This document shows positions 60,901 through 64,000 of a stretch of 64,000 nucleotides of DNA, piece after piece. The stretch is taken from positions 3,782,001 to 3,846,000 of the forward strand of contig OZ024748.1 of assembly GCA_964016885.1 (NCBI GenBank). The letters are read 5' to 3'. The first letter of the stretch is position 1. Each line of letters opens with the position of its first letter. This DNA comes from Eledone cirrhosa (Eukaryota). The notes beneath the pieces are model-generated. The model worked only from the letters and a program-made list of their open reading frames with translations. It ran no database searches and was not told the DNA's origin. Position numbers and translations under genes: made by a program.

Positions 60901-62212
60901 ACATTTTGAAATGTTTATCCTTATATTAAAACATTTCATCATAATATTACTTAAGTTTTTGTTAAGTAATGTTCCCAACAGCTTACTAATGAAAGAAGTT
61001 ATTTTATAGAATTCTTCCAAGTATTTGATTATAAGTACACAGACTGTATATTTCAATAGAAATACAGTAAGAAAAGGGTCAATTCTATTGTATTTCTCTC
61101 TTTCTTCTTCTCTTACATAGTGCAAGGCAAATACGAGGAGAAAATTAGCAAGATTTTACGTCAATATCAAAAGGTAACAGTTTCCGGTATGTTACTTTCA
61201 GTAGATTTTACAACGTTGAGTGAGTATTTGTATTTACTCCGTATATCAGCTCTGGCATTAAAGTCTCTCCATCGTAACATCATGCTCTACCTCGCAGCAG
61301 CAGTATCAGACTTCTATATCCCAAAAGATCAAATGGTACGGATGTTTTTTTATCTCATCTTTTCCTTCAAATATTTTCATCTTCATTGCTGCTCATCTTT
61401 TCTTTTCCCTTTCATTCTTTCTCTCTCTCTTTTTTATTTTATTTTATTTGTCATAAATTTGTTTTTTCTGCTCTCCTCTCCCACCTCCTCATCCTCGATT
61501 AGCACCTGTTGTCTTTATTAAAAATATTTATAAGGGTTCAATGCCCATTTATTTTCCATTCTAGGGACTTGTACCTTCTGCCATTAGACTATTTTTTGTA
61601 GTAAATAAAAAGAAAGTTATTAATTCAATTTATAATTAATAATTTTTTATTATGTAAGAAATCAAAAATATCAATTTATTAACAAAAAACTTAGTTATTT
61701 TATTAAATTCCTCCAAATGTTTGGTTAATTTCAAAATAGATTGAAACACAGAAGCTGGGTATTTCATTAGAAATACCTTAATGAAAGGGTTAAAAATTAT
61801 ATGGTGTGATTCGATGGAGATTTAACTGCTATTTCTAGAACTTTCAGTGACCACGTAGGAGTCTTTATCTAAACTTTCTATATTGTTGCCATAGTAACTG
61901 TAATTTATCTGTATTTTTGTAGCCTGAACACAAAATCCAGTCCTCAAATGGGTCTCTTCATTTATCTCTTCAACTGGTCCCTAAATTATTGGAACCCCTT
62001 GTCAAAGATTGGGCACCAGATGCTTTTATAATTTCTTTCAAGGTTAGTAACAGTTAACCCTTTTGATGCCAAACTGCCTGAAACTGTTTGTTTTAAAGGG
62101 TTTATATATTAAATAAAAACTTCCATCAGCATTTTATGTAAGAACCTTTGTTTAGTTATGTTCCAAATATCATCATCATCATCATTATCATCGTTTTTAC
62201 ATTGATTTTATT

Positions 62213-62261
<49 letters not shown>

Positions 62262-62696
62262 TTATTCTGGGTTGAATTGGAGGTAACTAGAGTAAGTAAG
62301 GTACTCAATACATAGCAGAGTATAAATGTTTTAATATAGATGAGATTCTACAGGACTAAAACTGTTTCATTCTTTAGAAATCATCAGGAATATATATATA
62401 TAGAGGCACATGGCTTAGTGGTTAGAGCGTTGGCCTTGCAATCAAAAGGTTGTGAGTTCAATTCTCAGACCGGGTGATGTGTTGTTTCCTTGAGCAAGAC
62501 ACTTTATTTCACAATGCTCCAGTTTACTCAGCTGTAGAAATGTAAAGTGGTCGTGGAGGTGCCACGGCAAAAAAGCACCCAGCACTCACTGTAAATGAGG
62601 CTGGTGTTAGGAAGGGCATCCAGCTGTAGAAATCAAGCCAGAATCAGTTCCCGTCCCACCCTTGCAAGCAGGGAAAAAGCGGACGTAAAATGATGA

Positions 62697-62764
<68 letters not shown>

Positions 62765-63107
62765 ATGATGATGGCGGCAGCTGCTGCTGTTTCTTCTTTT
62801 TTTCTTTTTCTTTTTCTTTTTCTTTTTCTTCTTCTTCCACACAGCCGTGTATGTGTGTGTATGCTTACAATTACTAATGTCCTGTAACTTTATGTCCCAG
62901 ATTTGAAAATGTAAATACTGCGGCCCAATATGATCAACTAAATCCCTTCAATATGGCCACAACCTGATGACTAAAACAAACTTTTCTACTTTAAACTAAA
63001 TTCATAACAAAAATATTTTTTCTTTCTTTTATTAATTTTAGTTAGAAACTAAAAGAGATTTCCTGATATCGAAAGCAAAGGCAGCTCTTGAGAAATATCA
63101 ACACCAG
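57292..63107 (+). CDS. PPCS: Phosphopantothenate--cysteine ligase (CoA biosynthesis), 6 exons visible, 3' end beyond window
   Basis: Exons 57292-57420, 59281-59369, 60334-60473, 61121-61335, 61923-62042, 63042-63107. Motifs [73 protein letters not shown]. An in-frame TGA lies at 57283-57285, just upstream of the ATG. Confidence 0.94.
59370..60333 (+). other. U12-type (minor spliceosome) GT-AG intron in PPCS
   Basis: 5' splice site GTATCCTTTT matches the U12 consensus. Candidate branch site TTCATTTAAT at 60314-60323, close to the AG, with no polypyrimidine tract. Confidence 0.8.
62344..62391 (-). ncRNA. Type-I hammerhead ribozyme motif, family B (stem I truncated)
   Basis: - strand reads ATTC CTGATGA TTTC TAAA GAAT GAAA CAG TTTTAGTC CTG TA GAAT; homologous copies at 2461-2558 and 45356-45420. 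Confidence 0.6.
62403..62700 (+). mobile_element. tRNA-derived SINE family 2 with RTE-type tail, representative copy
   Basis: A box TGGCTTAGTGGTTAGAGC, B box GAGTTCAATTCTC, CORE-like TTCCTTGAGCAAGACACTT, tail GGAAGGGCATCCAGCTGTAGAAA...(TGA)n. Near-identical copies at 63646-63950 (+) and 11088-11385, 40411-40792, 48017-48347 (-). Confidence 0.88.
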
Positions 63108-63335
63108 GTAAGAAGTCTAACTATATATAATTATGGCTAGATACATATACACAAGTCTGTCTGTCTTTGTGTGTTTATGTGTTTGTCTATCAGCAGTTAT
63201 GGGTAGATACATAAACACATAGATAGATATATGCACACACACACATACATGGATACATACACATATACACACATACATACATATACGTACATACACAATG
63301 CACTGCCTAGACCAGGGATGAAAGTCACAACATAC

Positions 63336-63382
<47 letters not shown>

Positions 63383-63597
63383 TAAATTAGCGAGAATTGT
63401 ATTTCGGCTATTGAAAATTAGCGAAAGTTCAACTTGCGAGATGTGTGGCAAGCGCTCCATAGAAGCTAGTGGACTAGAGCTACAACATAAGTTAAAAGGC
63501 CAAACACACTGAGACGATGGTTAAACCATTATCCGCACAGCCATAGAAACGACCAAGTAATTCGGGTCTTCGGGTCGAACAAATAATAAAATATGAT

Positions 63598-63645
<48 letters not shown>

Positions 63646-63648
<3 letters not shown>

Positions 63649-63950
63649 CACATGGCTTAGTGGTTAGATAGAACATTGGCCTTGCAATCAAAAGGTTGTG
63701 AGTTCAATTCTCAGACCGGGTGATGTGTTGTTTCCTTGAGCAAGACACTTTATTTCACATTGCTCCAGTTTACTCAGCTGTAGAAATGAGATGTAAAGTG
63801 GTCGTGGAGGTGCCACGGCAAAAAAGCACCCAGTACTCACTGTAAATGAGGTTGGTGTTAGGAAGGGCATCCAGCTGTAGAAATCAAGCCAGAATCAGTT
63901 CCCATCTCACCCTTGCAAGCAGGGAAAAGCGGACGTAAAATGAAATGATA
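63646..63950 (+). mobile_element. SINE family 2 copy
   Basis: Near-identical to 62403-62700; inserted at a (TA)n tract. Confidence 0.88.
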
Positions 63951-64000
63951 AATACACACACACACATACATACAGACCTACATACATATATATACACTGC

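Noticed and set aside
62403-62480. tRNA gene
   Set aside because: tRNA-like head of a multi-copy SINE; no proper cloverleaf or acceptor stem.

Overview
AT-rich eukaryotic DNA full of (TA)n microsatellites, tRNA-derived SINEs, LINE fragments and MITEs. The repeat landscape suggests a coleoid cephalopod (Octopus-like), which is an inference. I reconstructed four spliced protein genes by hand, checking exon phases. (1) First coding exon of a POGLUT2/KDELC-type O-glucosyltransferase (- strand, 18520-18318); no further exon was recognised in the window. (2) BANP/SMAR1 BEN-domain transcription factor (+, 30907-41344, 13 coding exons, ~557 aa). (3) Mitochondrial 3-hydroxyisobutyryl-CoA hydrolase HIBCH (-, 57293-48955, 12 exons, ~412 aa). 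(4) Phosphopantothenate-cysteine ligase PPCS (+, from 57292, running off the window). Mobile DNA includes a decayed 3.7-kb Helitron with intact termini, non-autonomous Helitrons, hAT, TTAA-type and Tc1/mariner MITEs, RTE- and CR1-like LINE fragments, and two SINE families. Four observations stand out. (a) The predicted start codons of the two CoA-metabolism genes HIBCH and PPCS overlap in one palindromic CATG (57291-57294). (b) At least two families of short elements embedded in TA microsatellites carry minimal type-I hammerhead ribozymes and 5' inversions, resembling Penelope pLTRs or retrozymes. (c) PPCS has a U12-type minor intron. (d) An unexplained GC-rich, potentially structured island lies at ~17.3-17.6 kb. 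Most entries in the ORF track are microsatellite or repeat artefacts.
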